From assembly GCA_902602595.1 (NCBI GenBank), contig CACKRJ010000006.1, positions 2,024 to 66,023 on the forward strand: a stretch of DNA of 64,000 nt. Reading direction: 5' to 3'. Of the stretch, positions 10,145 through 19,837 are shown one piece after another. The position numbers and the translations under genes were made by a program. Position 1 is the first letter of the stretch. Every line of letters begins with the position of its first letter. Source of the stretch: an uncultured SAR86 cluster bacterium. GTDB taxonomy: Bacteria; Pseudomonadota; Gammaproteobacteria; Magnimaribacterales; D2472. The notes beneath the pieces are model-generated. The model saw nothing but the letters and a program-made list of their open reading frames with translations, was not told where the DNA came from and ran no database searches.

Positions 10145-10582
10145 TTGAAAGCTCTAGCTCAGCGAGTATCATCTGCAAAGATATATATTGACTCTAAGAT
10201 CTATTCTTCAATCAATATGGGTATCTTAGCCTACGTTTGCTTTGAAAAAGATGACACCGAAGAGGTTATAGAAAAATTTATATCTAAAATTATTAATTTT
10301 TCTTTTTTTCAGGGAGATAGAAGCGTAATGTATGCAAGTTTAAGGGAGATAAGCGGAGAATTGATGATTGTCAGTCAATTTACTTTGTCTGCAGTAACGG
10401 ATAAAGGTAATAAACCTAGCTTTCATAGAGCGGCAAGCACAGAAAAAGCTAATTATCTTTATGACTCATTGATAGACAGGCTCAATGAATGCCCTATACA
10501 TTGTCAGTCAGGGGTTTTTGGGTCTGATATGGATATTCATTCTGTTAATGCTGGGCCTGTAACTTTTTCTTTTAAGATATGA
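10145..10582 (+). CDS. dtd: D-aminoacyl-tRNA deacylase
   Basis: (M)KALAQRV start at TTG 10145, VSQFTL, GNKPSF, GVFG.DM, NAGPVTF. Confidence 0.92.
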   Translation: MKALAQRVSSAKIYIDSKIYSSINMGILAYVCFEKDDTEEVIEKFISKIINFSFFQGDRSVMYASLREISGELMIVSQFTLSAVTDKGNKPSFHRAASTEKANYLYDSLIDRLNECPIHCQSGVFGSDMDIHSVNAGPVTFSFKI

Positions 10583-10586
10583 GCTT

Positions 10587-11759
10587 ATGAGCAATCAATT
10601 AGACAGTTTTGCAGCAGAAGTAGATGCCTGGATTAAAGAAAATTGTCCTAAATCAATGAGAACTCCAATGCCTGCTTCTGAGCAGGTATGGGCCTCTTCT
10701 AAGATTAAATTTCCTACTGCTGATTCTAAGAAATGGTTTGATGCAATGGTATCTAAGGGATGGTGTACACCAGAATGGCCTATTGAATATGGAGGCGGAG
10801 GTTTAACTTTTGAGGAAGCAAAGATTTTACGAGGTCGCCTAAAATTTTTTGGATGCAGGCCTCCCCAGATTAATTTTGGTATTTCGATGTTAGGACCTGT
10901 GATATTAGAGTTTGGCACTGATGATCAAAAAAAAGAATTTTTACCAAAAATTTCAAGAGGTGAAATTTGGTGGTGCCAGGGATTCTCTGAGCCAGGAGCT
11001 GGATCAGATTTAGCTAATGTCTCTACCTCAGCAGAACTTAAGGGTAATGAATACATAATAAATGGATCAAAAATTTGGACATCAGAGGCCAATAAAGCTG
11101 ATTGGATGTATTGTTTGGTCAGAACAGCTAAAACAGAAAAGAAGCAAGCTGGTATATCTTTTATTCTATTAAACCTAAAGCAACCTAACATTGAGATAAA
11201 ACCAATTAAACTTTTAAGCGGTCAATCTCCCTTTTGCCAAGTTTTTTTTGATGATGTTTTGGCAAGTGAGTCTCATAGAATCTCTAATGAAAATGATGGC
11301 TGGAAAGTTGCGAAGAGACTTCTCGAATATGAGCGAACTATGATGGCAGATCTTGGTAGCGAAGGAGCCGTTGATATTGAACCCATTAAAACTTATAAAA
11401 ATAACAATGGAGTAAGTGGGCTAGGACAACTTAAACTGCATAAAAAAATCACTAAGCACGAAATGCGAAATCATCTAATTGATTTAACAATCGCAAGAAC
11501 TGGCATTGAGTCAAAGAGTGGTTTTTCTCCGGCAGCACTTACATTGAAATACATTAGTACCGAGGAAACTCAGGCTAGGTGGGAGCTTAATGTTGCAAGT
11601 CTTGGTCTAGGAGGGCTTGAATTAGTTGAAAAAAGCAAGGGTGTAAAGCAAGAAATTGCTAAGTCTTTTTTCTATTCTAAGGCGTATACTATCGCTGGAG
11701 GAAGCTCAGAGGTTCAATTGAATATTATTGCAAAACATATTTTAGGACTCCCATCATGA
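10587..11759 (+). CDS. Acyl-CoA dehydrogenase family protein
   Basis: WPIEYGGGG, WCQGFSEPGAGSDLA, INGSKIWTS, TIAGGSSEVQ. Confidence 0.93.
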   Translation: MSNQLDSFAAEVDAWIKENCPKSMRTPMPASEQVWASSKIKFPTADSKKWFDAMVSKGWCTPEWPIEYGGGGLTFEEAKILRGRLKFFGCRPPQINFGISMLGPVILEFGTDDQKKEFLPKISRGEIWWCQGFSEPGAGSDLANVSTSAELKGNEYIINGSKIWTSEANKADWMYCLVRTAKTEKKQAGISFILLNLKQPNIEIKPIKLLSGQSPFCQVFFDDVLASESHRISNENDGWKVAKRLLEYERTMMADLGSEGAVDIEPIKTYKNNNGVSGLGQLKLHKKITKHEMRNHLIDLTIARTGIESKSGFSPAALTLKYISTEETQARWELNVASLGLGGLELVEKSKGVKQEIAKSFFYSKAYTIAGGSSEVQLNIIAKHILGLPS

Positions 11760-12367
11760 CAATTAAAAAAATATCAGTATTTTGTGGCGCCCATCTTGGC
11801 AAATCGCCAGATTATAAAATTGCCGCTCAGCAAATTGGAAAAATGATGGCAGAGAGAGATCTTGAAGTTATCTTTGGAGGCGGCAATGTTGGTTTAATGA
11901 AGATTGTTGCAGATACAGCCATTAACAATGGAGGAAAAGCTACTGGCATTACATTAAAGTCACTTCATGAATTTGAGCTCACTAATCTTAATATAGACGA
12001 AACAATCATTACTCATTCTCTTTTTGAAAGAAAAGAGAAATTTTTAGACATGAGCGATGCCTTTATTGTTTTGCCTGGTGGCGTAGGCTCCATGGATGAG
12101 CTGCTTGAGGTGATGGTAAGCAATCAACTGGGGGGCATTAACAAGCCTGTTGGCTTATTAAATATTAATGGCTACTATGACGGTTTTCTAAGCTGGTTAC
12201 AGCATTCCGTTGATGAGGAATTCGTTTCTATTGAAAACCAAAACCAAATCCTGGTTAATAACGATCCAAAAAAATTATTAGATATGGTTTTATCAGCCGA
12301 AATGCCATCTTCAGATACTTGGATAGAAAGACTTAATGTCGATTTTAGCAAGATACCAAAAGATTAA
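11756..12367 (+). CDS. LOG family (TIGR00730) nucleotide phosphoribohydrolase
   Basis: ISVFCGA, FGGGNVGLM, ERK...SDAFIVLPGGVGSMDEL. Confidence 0.9.
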   Translation: MTIKKISVFCGAHLGKSPDYKIAAQQIGKMMAERDLEVIFGGGNVGLMKIVADTAINNGGKATGITLKSLHEFELTNLNIDETIITHSLFERKEKFLDMSDAFIVLPGGVGSMDELLEVMVSNQLGGINKPVGLLNINGYYDGFLSWLQHSVDEEFVSIENQNQILVNNDPKKLLDMVLSAEMPSSDTWIERLNVDFSKIPKD

Positions 12368-13080
12368 TTTTTTTTATCTCTTGATATAAAAAGACCTATC
12401 TCAAAAAGCAGCCACATTGGCAGAGCTAAGAATAATTGAGAGAAAATATCTGGCGGCGTCAAAAACATTCCAATAACAAAAAAACTAATAATTAAATATG
12501 GCCTCATAGCTTTGATGCGATCTTTTGAAACCAATCCAGTGGTGATGACTAAGAAGGTTGCTATAGGAATTTCAAAAGCAAAACCAAAAGCAAAAAAAAG
12601 CTTTAATACAAAATCTAAATATTTATTTATGTCTGTCATAACTTGGATGGAGTCTGGAGCAGAGGACATAAAAAAACTAAGGATGATAGGACTTACAACT
12701 AAATAGGCAAACGCAATGCCTATATAAAAAAGTATTATTGAAGAGAGAATTAAAGGGCCTACAAATGCCTTTTCTTTTTTATATAAACCAGGAGAAATAA
12801 AACCCCACAGCTCTAGAAAAAAATAAGGCACTGATATGATCAAGGCTGAATAAATTGTAACCCTCAAAGGTGCAAGAAATGGAGATGCTACTTCAGTTGC
12901 AATCATGCTACTACCAGATGGCATCAACTCCATTAATGGCGCCGAGATAAAAGAATAAATGTAGTTAGTAAATGGCAAACAGCATACTAGGATTAATCCC
13001 CCAAACAAAAACATTCTAATTATTCTTGAGCGCAATTCTTTTAAATGCTCAATGAATGTCATGTTATTTGGATCGACCAT
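12364..13080 (-). CDS. tatC: Twin-arginine translocase TatC
   Basis: HLKELRSR, FISPGLYKKEK, FEIP, LTPPDIFSQ. Confidence 0.97.
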   Translation of the reverse strand: MVDPNNMTFIEHLKELRSRIIRMFLFGGLILVCCLPFTNYIYSFISAPLMELMPSGSSMIATEVASPFLAPLRVTIYSALIISVPYFFLELWGFISPGLYKKEKAFVGPLILSSIILFYIGIAFAYLVVSPIILSFFMSSAPDSIQVMTDINKYLDFVLKLFFAFGFAFEIPIATFLVITTGLVSKDRIKAMRPYLIISFFVIGMFLTPPDIFSQLFLALPMWLLFEIGLFISRDKKN

Positions 13081-13309
13081 CTTCTTCCTTTTTAAACTCT
13101 TCCATTTTTAGTTCATTGAAAATATCTTGCTTCAAATCTTCAGCGCCAATATCTCTTTCAATAGAAGATCTAAATTCAAAAAATTTGTTCTGGAATCTGG
13201 TAAAAGTTTTTATTATAGATTTTATAAATCCTGGAAGCTGATCAGGACCAATAACTAATATCCCAACCAGCAGGATAATTAGAATTTCAAGAAATCCAAT
13301 CTGTAACAA
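13064..13309 (-). CDS. tatB: Twin-arginine translocase TatB
   Basis: IGFLEIL...VIGPDQLP; lies between tatA and tatC. Confidence 0.88.
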   Translation of the reverse strand: MLQIGFLEILIILLVGILVIGPDQLPGFIKSIIKTFTRFQNKFFEFRSSIERDIGAEDLKQDIFNELKMEEFKKEEDGRSK

Positions 13310-13312
13310 TTT

Positions 13313-13498
13313 TTATTGATTGTCTGATTTAGACTCAGTATCTTTAGCCGAGCCATCATCTTTTATAGCTTTTTTAAATCCTTTAAGGCCCTCTCCTAGA
13401 TCTGAGCCCATGGTCCGAATTTTTTTACCGCCAAATAAAATTAGTATCACCACCAGTATGATTAATATTTGCCAAAAGCTTATTCCACCTATTCCCAT
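13313..13498 (-). CDS. tatA: Twin-arginine translocase TatA
   Basis: ISFWQILII...LFGGKKIRTMGSDLG...GFKKA. Confidence 0.95.
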   Translation of the reverse strand: MGIGGISFWQILIILVVILILFGGKKIRTMGSDLGEGLKGFKKAIKDDGSAKDTESKSDNQ

Positions 13499-13514
13499 AA
13501 TTAACTCCTGATTC

Positions 13515-15083
13515 CTATGTCAACATTATCCACAAAAGAATCATAATAATACCTATAAGTGTAAGTATAGTAAGATTTTGCCATTTTCGCTGATTTTGCA
13601 GACTTGCTTCAAGGTTTTTAATGAGATCAATATTTTTTTTCCCGTCATTTGCTATAAATTTAATGTTATCCAGTAAGTTAAAAATTTCACCTGGCAAAGA
13701 AGAGGCCTTATCTAAAATTTCATAATGATTATTCTCTAGAAACTCTTTGAGCTTCAGTGGGCTGAACTGCTTATCAATCCATTGATCAAGGTAGGGCTCA
13801 GCAAGGCCCCAGAAATCAAGATCAGCATATATCTCTCTTCCCATTCCCTCTATGTGTATAAGTGTTTTTTGTAAAAGTATCAAAGAAGGTTGAACAGATA
13901 AACCAAATTGCCTCGTTGAATCGAACAAATAAAGCAACAGATTTCCAAACTCAATTTCTGAAAGTGGCTTTTCAAAAATTGGCTCACAGGTTGCTCTTAA
14001 TGTTTGCTCTAAATCAGCTTTATTTGTTTGACTTGACACCCATCCAGCACCAATAAATAACTCAGAAAGCTTGTAGTAATCTTGTTTTAATGTTGCTTGC
14101 AACATTCTCGCTAAATTGTATTGATCGTCTCTGCTCAAAGAACCAACTATGGCGCAATCAATTGCTATATAGCTTGGCTGAGCGACATTAATTTTACTAA
14201 CAAAAATATTTCCTGGATGCATGTCAGCATGAAAAAAATTATCCCTAAATACCTGATCTAAAAATATCTTTACCCCATTCTCTGCAAGTTTTTTTCTATC
14301 AATGCCAAGTTCATCCATTGCTTTGGTATCTGTACATGCTATGCCGTCAATTTCTTCAAGCGTCAAAACATTAACCGTAGTCTGATCCCAAAATACTTTT
14401 GGAATAAATAACAGATTCGAATCCGAAAAGTTTTTCTTAGTTACAGTAGTATTTGCTGCCTCAACTTTTAAATCTAACTCTTTATAGATTGTTTTTTCAT
14501 AGTCACTAATTACATCTTTTAATTTGAGTCTATAGCTTTCTTTGTAAAAGAGGTTTATTAAAAAGCCTCCAGCTTTCATTACCATCACATTCCTTTTAAC
14601 TTGCTTATGAATGCCGGGCCTTAAAACTTTAATTACAACTTTTTCAGATGTGCTTATTAGTTTTGCTCTGTGAACTTGAGCCAATGATGCAGCTGCCAAT
14701 GGCTCATCTTCAAATTCATCAAAAACATCATTAATGTTAATTTTTAGGCTTTCTTCAATTATTTTTTTGGCTTGTTTAGTTGAGAATGGAGTGCATTGAT
14801 CAGTTAATCCTTTTAAGTAAGAGGCAATTTCAATGGATATAGCATCTGTTCTTGTTGATAGCAATTGCCCAAATTTTATGAACATGGGACCCAGGCTTTC
14901 TAAAAAATTTCTAATTCTTAAGCCATGAGGAATTTTTCTATTAATTATAAAAAAAGGGTTCAATAACCCCATTGCTTTTATCACGATAGAGCTACTGTTA
15001 TCGATTGGTATATTTACAATGCCATACCTAAATGCCTGAAACAGAATTTTCAAGCAATCTAGAACTGAAAAAAGAATATTCAT
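13515..15083 (-). CDS. ubiB: Ubiquinone biosynthesis kinase-like protein UbiB
   Basis: LGPMFIKFGQLLSTR, AAASLAQVH, FFHADMHPGN; ubiE-ubiJ-ubiB-tat order. Confidence 0.95.
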   Translation of the reverse strand: MNILFSVLDCLKILFQAFRYGIVNIPIDNSSSIVIKAMGLLNPFFIINRKIPHGLRIRNFLESLGPMFIKFGQLLSTRTDAISIEIASYLKGLTDQCTPFSTKQAKKIIEESLKININDVFDEFEDEPLAAASLAQVHRAKLISTSEKVVIKVLRPGIHKQVKRNVMVMKAGGFLINLFYKESYRLKLKDVISDYEKTIYKELDLKVEAANTTVTKKNFSDSNLLFIPKVFWDQTTVNVLTLEEIDGIACTDTKAMDELGIDRKKLAENGVKIFLDQVFRDNFFHADMHPGNIFVSKINVAQPSYIAIDCAIVGSLSRDDQYNLARMLQATLKQDYYKLSELFIGAGWVSSQTNKADLEQTLRATCEPIFEKPLSEIEFGNLLLYLFDSTRQFGLSVQPSLILLQKTLIHIEGMGREIYADLDFWGLAEPYLDQWIDKQFSPLKLKEFLENNHYEILDKASSLPGEIFNLLDNIKFIANDGKKNIDLIKNLEASLQNQRKWQNLTILTLIGIIMILLWIMLT

Positions 15084-15580
15084 TAATTTATTAAAACATG
15101 CTCAAGCCTATCAAGCCTTATCGAAATATCTCTAAAAGACTCCAGAACTCTATTTACTTCATCTTCTTGTAATGAGGATTCTTGAGGTTGTGGTTGGCTT
15201 GACATAATTTTCCTCAGCATCAAAGCTGGGATATCTCCGAAATATTTGTAGACTAAAAGTTCAAAATCTATGTCAATGTTGCCTAAAGCGCCTAATAGTA
15301 TTAAGGCGCTCTCTACATCTCCTGAAATAGATTTTGTTGGAATCTGTTTATTTCTTAATGCATTTAACACCATAAAAATGTTGAGTTGCAGAGAAAATTG
15401 GGGATTTAGATGCTCAAGGAAATAAATGTTTTGAACGTCATGATTCAATGAAATAGAAAATTTCGACACTGAATCAATCTCAACATTAAAATTAAGAGGA
15501 TACAGAGTTTTGATTTTATTCAAAAATCCAGGAGATAAAGACTCTATTTCATTTAAAAATTTATCTAAAGTTATGTGCAT
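15083..15580 (-). CDS. ubiJ: UbiJ-like (SCP2 domain) accessory protein, divergent
   Basis: Lies between ubiE and ubiB; ISGDVE, IDFE...YFGDI, RLDRLE tail; start moved to ATG 15580. Confidence 0.7.
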   Translation of the reverse strand: MHITLDKFLNEIESLSPGFLNKIKTLYPLNFNVEIDSVSKFSISLNHDVQNIYFLEHLNPQFSLQLNIFMVLNALRNKQIPTKSISGDVESALILLGALGNIDIDFELLVYKYFGDIPALMLRKIMSSQPQPQESSLQEDEVNRVLESFRDISIRLDRLEHVLIN

Positions 15581-15581
15581 T

Positions 15582-16316
15582 TTATTTCGCCTTATGAATT
15601 GCAACAACTCCGTTTACAAGATTGAAGAACTTGCATTCATTAAAGCCTGAATCAAGGACCATATCCTTTAATGTCTCTTGATCAGGGTGCATTCTTATAG
15701 ACTCAGCAAGGTATTGATAGCTTTCAGAATCATTCGCCAAAAGTTTGCCTAATTTAGGAATTATGTTAAATGAGTACCAATCATAAACCTTAGAAAATAA
15801 AGAATTTGTAGGTTTCGAAAATTCTAAAACCAATAAAACCCCATCAGATTTCAAGACCCTTTTCATTTCCTCAAGTCCTTTCCTCTTATCAGTAAAATTG
15901 CGCAGTCCAAACCCAACAGTAACTAGATCAAAAGTTTCATCTTGATATGGGAGACTTTCCCCAGAGGCTAGAGCAAAGTTGCAATTGTGAAAGAAGTTTT
16001 CGTTTATTGCACGATCTTTTCCTAGAGCAAGCATTGATTCATTGATATCTGTTACATGCACCGATACAGATTTAAATTTTTTATTAATTAATTTTGGAAT
16101 ATCAGCTGTACCGCTTGCAATATCAAGGGCTACTGAGCCTTCGCCCAACTCAGAGAGCTCAATTAATATTTTTTTCCAAATCCTATGCATGCCAAAAGAC
16201 ATCGCATCATTCATTAGATCATATTCTTCAGCAACGGAATGAAAGACCTCTCCAACATGATCGGCTTTTTTATTAACCTCGACCTCTTTAAAGCCAAAAT
16301 GTGTTTTCTCATTCAT
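15582..16316 (-). CDS. ubiE: Ubiquinone/menaquinone C-methyltransferase
   Basis: THFGF, YDLMNDAMSFGMHRIWK, LDIASGTAD, FGLRN, SYQYLAESI. Confidence 0.97.
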   Translation of the reverse strand: MNEKTHFGFKEVEVNKKADHVGEVFHSVAEEYDLMNDAMSFGMHRIWKKILIELSELGEGSVALDIASGTADIPKLINKKFKSVSVHVTDINESMLALGKDRAINENFFHNCNFALASGESLPYQDETFDLVTVGFGLRNFTDKRKGLEEMKRVLKSDGVLLVLEFSKPTNSLFSKVYDWYSFNIIPKLGKLLANDSESYQYLAESIRMHPDQETLKDMVLDSGFNECKFFNLVNGVVAIHKAK

Positions 16317-17203
16317 CTGCTTTTCTCTTGATTACTTAAAAAGATAAAATTATTGTATCTACTTTCTTTAATATCACCATTTTTAAGCGCAGCTTGAACT
16401 GCACACCCCTCATCAATTTGATGAGAACAATTTGGAAAAACGCAGTTTAAAGAATGATTCAAAATTTCTGGAAACCCTAAGATGATTTCTTTTAAATTCA
16501 AATGACCAATGTCGATGTCTCTAACTCCTGGAGAATCAATGATCTGTATTTCGTCAATATTATAAAGTGTTGATAATGAAGTAGTATGAACACCTTGGTT
16601 ATTAGAAAGGGCTTTAGATAATATTCTTTTACCGGTAATGGCCGAGGTTAAAGTTGATTTTCCAGAGCCAGAGTTACCTACAAATATTGCAGTCTTTTTA
16701 AGTAGGTATTTTTTTAATTTATCTATGTTTGTATTTAGTTTTGCAGAAATTTTAAATGTTTTGATTCCAATACTTTCATAGATTTTTTGAATCTCCTTAA
16801 ACTCATCATTAGGCAATAAATCTATTTTATTAAAAATTATGAAAGGATCTATCGAAGCATTTATTGATATTGTTATCCATTTATCGATGAACTCAAGATT
16901 GGTTTTAGGATTTTTGGTTACCAAAATTCCAATATGTGTGATGTTGGCGGCTATTGGTTTTTTTGCTTTATCTTTTGATTTATAGAGAGCCGTGGCTCTA
17001 TCCAAGCGCTTAGTTACGATACCCTCATGGCTATAATTGTTAGAAGTTCTCTCTATTTCAACTAGATCTCCTACAACAAGATTAATTCTTCCTTGGATTT
17101 TGCATTTAAATTCTTTGCCCTTTGATACCACGGAACAGGAGTTAGAATAGAACTCAACTATTTGACCGGTTTGAACTTTTATCATCTTGGGCTCAAAATA
17201 CAC
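16313..17203 (-). CDS. rsgA: Ribosome small subunit-dependent GTPase A
   Basis: NKIDL, GNSGSGKST, HTT, DSPG, C.F.NC.H...GC zinc finger; divergent from orn. Confidence 0.93.
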   Translation of the reverse strand: MYFEPKMIKVQTGQIVEFYSNSCSVVSKGKEFKCKIQGRINLVVGDLVEIERTSNNYSHEGIVTKRLDRATALYKSKDKAKKPIAANITHIGILVTKNPKTNLEFIDKWITISINASIDPFIIFNKIDLLPNDEFKEIQKIYESIGIKTFKISAKLNTNIDKLKKYLLKKTAIFVGNSGSGKSTLTSAITGKRILSKALSNNQGVHTTSLSTLYNIDEIQIIDSPGVRDIDIGHLNLKEIILGFPEILNHSLNCVFPNCSHQIDEGCAVQAALKNGDIKESRYNNFIFLSNQEKSR

Positions 17204-17227
17204 TATAGTTAAATTTTAACAACATAT

Positions 17228-17773
17228 ATGTCTACTCAAAAATCAAATCAAAATCTTATCTGGATTGATCTTGAGATGACTGGATTAGATCCAGACAAAG
17301 AGAGAATTATTGAAGTTGCTACTATCATCACAGATAGTAATCTTACCATTGTTGCAGAAGGCCCAAATTTGGTTATCAATCAATCTAGAAATCTTATTGA
17401 GAATATGGATGAATGGAATACTAAGCAGCATGGAAACTCTGGCCTAATTAAGGCAGTTCATGAAAGCAGCATTTCAGAACAAGCTGCAGAGATTGAAACT
17501 TTAGAGTTTATTTCAAAATATGTAGGAAATAAGAAATCTCCAATGTGTGGAAATACGGTATCTCACGATAGAAGGTTCTTAGCAAAATATATGCCAGATT
17601 TAGAATCATACTTTCATTACAGGCACATTGATGTTTCTTCTGTAAAAGAGTTAATTTCTAGATGGATGAATGATGCTCAAACATATGAAAAAAAGGGCTC
17701 TCATAGAGCCAAAGATGATATAAAAGAATCCATAAATGAACTAAAGCTTTACAAGCAAATTCTGTTTGATTAA
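17228..17773 (+). CDS. orn: Oligoribonuclease
   Basis: LIWIDLEMTGL, CGNTV..DRRFL, HYRHIDVSS, HRA.DDI.ESI. Confidence 0.98.
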   Translation: MSTQKSNQNLIWIDLEMTGLDPDKERIIEVATIITDSNLTIVAEGPNLVINQSRNLIENMDEWNTKQHGNSGLIKAVHESSISEQAAEIETLEFISKYVGNKKSPMCGNTVSHDRRFLAKYMPDLESYFHYRHIDVSSVKELISRWMNDAQTYEKKGSHRAKDDIKESINELKLYKQILFD

Positions 17774-17774
17774 T

Positions 17775-19391
17775 TTAGGCTTTAATTTTTTCTAATCCAA
17801 GTTTTTCTTGGTGGAGCACAAAAGACTGAGTTGAGATTATCTCGGGATTAATTCTTTCTAACTCTTTAATAAAATTAAATGAGGCTATGATTTTATTTTT
17901 CCTGCAATCTAATGATAAATATCCCCTATTGGAGGGATCCATCCATTTAAGCTCTTTATTAATTTTTACAATACTATTTATAAATTTACCTCTGTCTAAA
18001 TTTAAAATATCTGTAATACCTGGAGAAGTTACAGACGGAGCCCCGAGCTCGACTCCAACTTTCTTGCCAGATAAATCTTCAAGCTCAGAAACCCAGCTAT
18101 TATGTGTATCTCCAGCAAGGCTAATGAATTTTTTATTAGCGCTATTCATTAATTTATAAAGTTTGTTCCTTTCTGCGGGATATCCATCCCAGGCATCAAG
18201 ATTTGATGGAATGCCAAGCCCAAGAAATTTTAAATAAGGCTTTAAAAAGCTAGGAATTTCCTCTGAAGCAATCATCTTGCTTAAATCAGGAAATTTTAAC
18301 TTTGCCATTAAGACTTGCTGACCAAAAATTGTCCAAGCAGCATCTGTTTTAAAAACGCTATCTTCAATCCAAGCAAGCTGTTCAGATCCAATGAGCTCTC
18401 TGTTTTTAGAATTAAGTTCATCATAAAATTTTGCTTGATTGAACCCAGATTTGGTTAAGTATTCTTTTGGTTGGATTTGTTTATCCCTTGCATATTGTCT
18501 AGTATCTAGCATCAGCAAATGAATTAGTTTACCAATTTTAAACTCTCTGAATATCCTTCTTTTATTTTGCTGTTCCCTTATTGGCATCCATTCATAATAG
18601 GCCTTGATTGCTGCTGATCTTCGAGCATAAAAGTCTCCTTCTGAACCATCTCCCGAATGGTTTTCTGCGCCCCTCTTCCAAGCATCATTTGAAAACTCGT
18701 GATCGTCCCAAACGGCTATCAATGGCGCATTCTTATGGAGTGCTTTTGAGCCCTGATCTAGTTTATATTGAGCATGTCTTTGCCTGTAATCAGAAAGGGA
18801 AATCATTTCATGCAAGGGTTTTGGAACTCTTCCAAGCTTCTCTGCTTCATCAGTCGCATAACCTCCCATAGGGTATTCGTATAGATAATCACCTAAATGT
18901 AGCCATAGATCTAAATCATTTTTTTTGGCAGCAGCTTCGTATGCATTAAAATATCCCGCTGGATAATTACTACAGCTGAAAATTCCAATTTTTGCTACTG
19001 AAGTATTTGTTGAAAATGTTTTTGACTTACCAATGTCTGAAATGGTATTTCCAATCCTAAACCTATAAAAAAACCATTTTTCACTATTACAATATCTCTT
19101 TGCTACAAAATCATATTTTATGGTGTAGTCTGACAATGAAGAGGTTTGTAGTTTTTTTGAAAAAACAACTTTATTAAAGTTTTCACTTTCTGAAATTTCA
19201 AGAATTGTTTCAACTGGTCCTGGTTTTTGTGGTGTTACCCTGGTCCATAAAATCACCCTATCTTCTAGAGGATCCCCACTGGCGACTCCATGATGAAAAA
19301 AATAAGTATTTTGAGAACAACTAGAACTTATTGATGTCGAAAGCCCTATTGCTCCAATTGATGAGATTTTCAGAGCTTGCCTTCTTTTCAT
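17775..19391 (-). CDS. phoD: Alkaline phosphatase D family, Tat-exported
   Basis: Twin-Arg signal MKRRQALK; FHHGVASGDP, HLGDYLYE, WDDHE, LDTR, DAWDGY, GDTH. Confidence 0.92.
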   Translation of the reverse strand: MKRRQALKISSIGAIGLSTSISSSCSQNTYFFHHGVASGDPLEDRVILWTRVTPQKPGPVETILEISESENFNKVVFSKKLQTSSLSDYTIKYDFVAKRYCNSEKWFFYRFRIGNTISDIGKSKTFSTNTSVAKIGIFSCSNYPAGYFNAYEAAAKKNDLDLWLHLGDYLYEYPMGGYATDEAEKLGRVPKPLHEMISLSDYRQRHAQYKLDQGSKALHKNAPLIAVWDDHEFSNDAWKRGAENHSGDGSEGDFYARRSAAIKAYYEWMPIREQQNKRRIFREFKIGKLIHLLMLDTRQYARDKQIQPKEYLTKSGFNQAKFYDELNSKNRELIGSEQLAWIEDSVFKTDAAWTIFGQQVLMAKLKFPDLSKMIASEEIPSFLKPYLKFLGLGIPSNLDAWDGYPAERNKLYKLMNSANKKFISLAGDTHNSWVSELEDLSGKKVGVELGAPSVTSPGITDILNLDRGKFINSIVKINKELKWMDPSNRGYLSLDCRKNKIIASFNFIKELERINPEIISTQSFVLHQEKLGLEKIKA

Positions 19392-19453
19392 TAGAAAATA
19401 TTAACAGCCATTCACTCAAACGATAAGTAAAAAACTTGTCTATTTTGAAATGA

Positions 19454-19780
19454 TTAGTCTTGCTTATTTGCAGGTTGTATATTTATTGGTAAAGGAGATA
19501 CCTGACTTTTATTTTGTTTAATTTTAGCCTCGCCAGACTCTATTACTTCGTCTATTCTTATTACTGAATTAATAGGAATATATGATCTTTGAACGGCCTT
19601 AAATTCTTTTTCTAATTTTTCTGATGAGGGGTCAACCACTAGCTGTTTATTTTGATTAAATATATACTCTTCGACCTCAATGAAACCATACATGTCACTT
19701 TGATATATTTGTTTAGCAAAAATTTCGTAAATTTCTCCAAGTTGCATGAAGATTATTTTATATGTTTTCTTTTTATTCAT
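19454..19780 (-). CDS. DUF1820 family protein
   Basis: YKIIF..GEIYEI.A..IYQSDMYGFIEVE...VVDPSSEKL..EF..V.RSYIP; usual neighbour of miaB. Confidence 0.8.
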   Translation of the reverse strand: MNKKKTYKIIFMQLGEIYEIFAKQIYQSDMYGFIEVEEYIFNQNKQLVVDPSSEKLEKEFKAVQRSYIPINSVIRIDEVIESGEAKIKQNKSQVSPLPINIQPANKQD

Positions 19781-19837
19781 GCCTAATTATATGGTGACAA
19801 AGTTTGATAATAAAAGATTTTAATTAATAATTTATAT

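Noticed and set aside
13499-13514. Absence of hisI/hisE between ubiB and tatA as evidence of His auxotrophy
   Set aside because: E. coli also has ubiB next to tatA, so the window alone is uninformative
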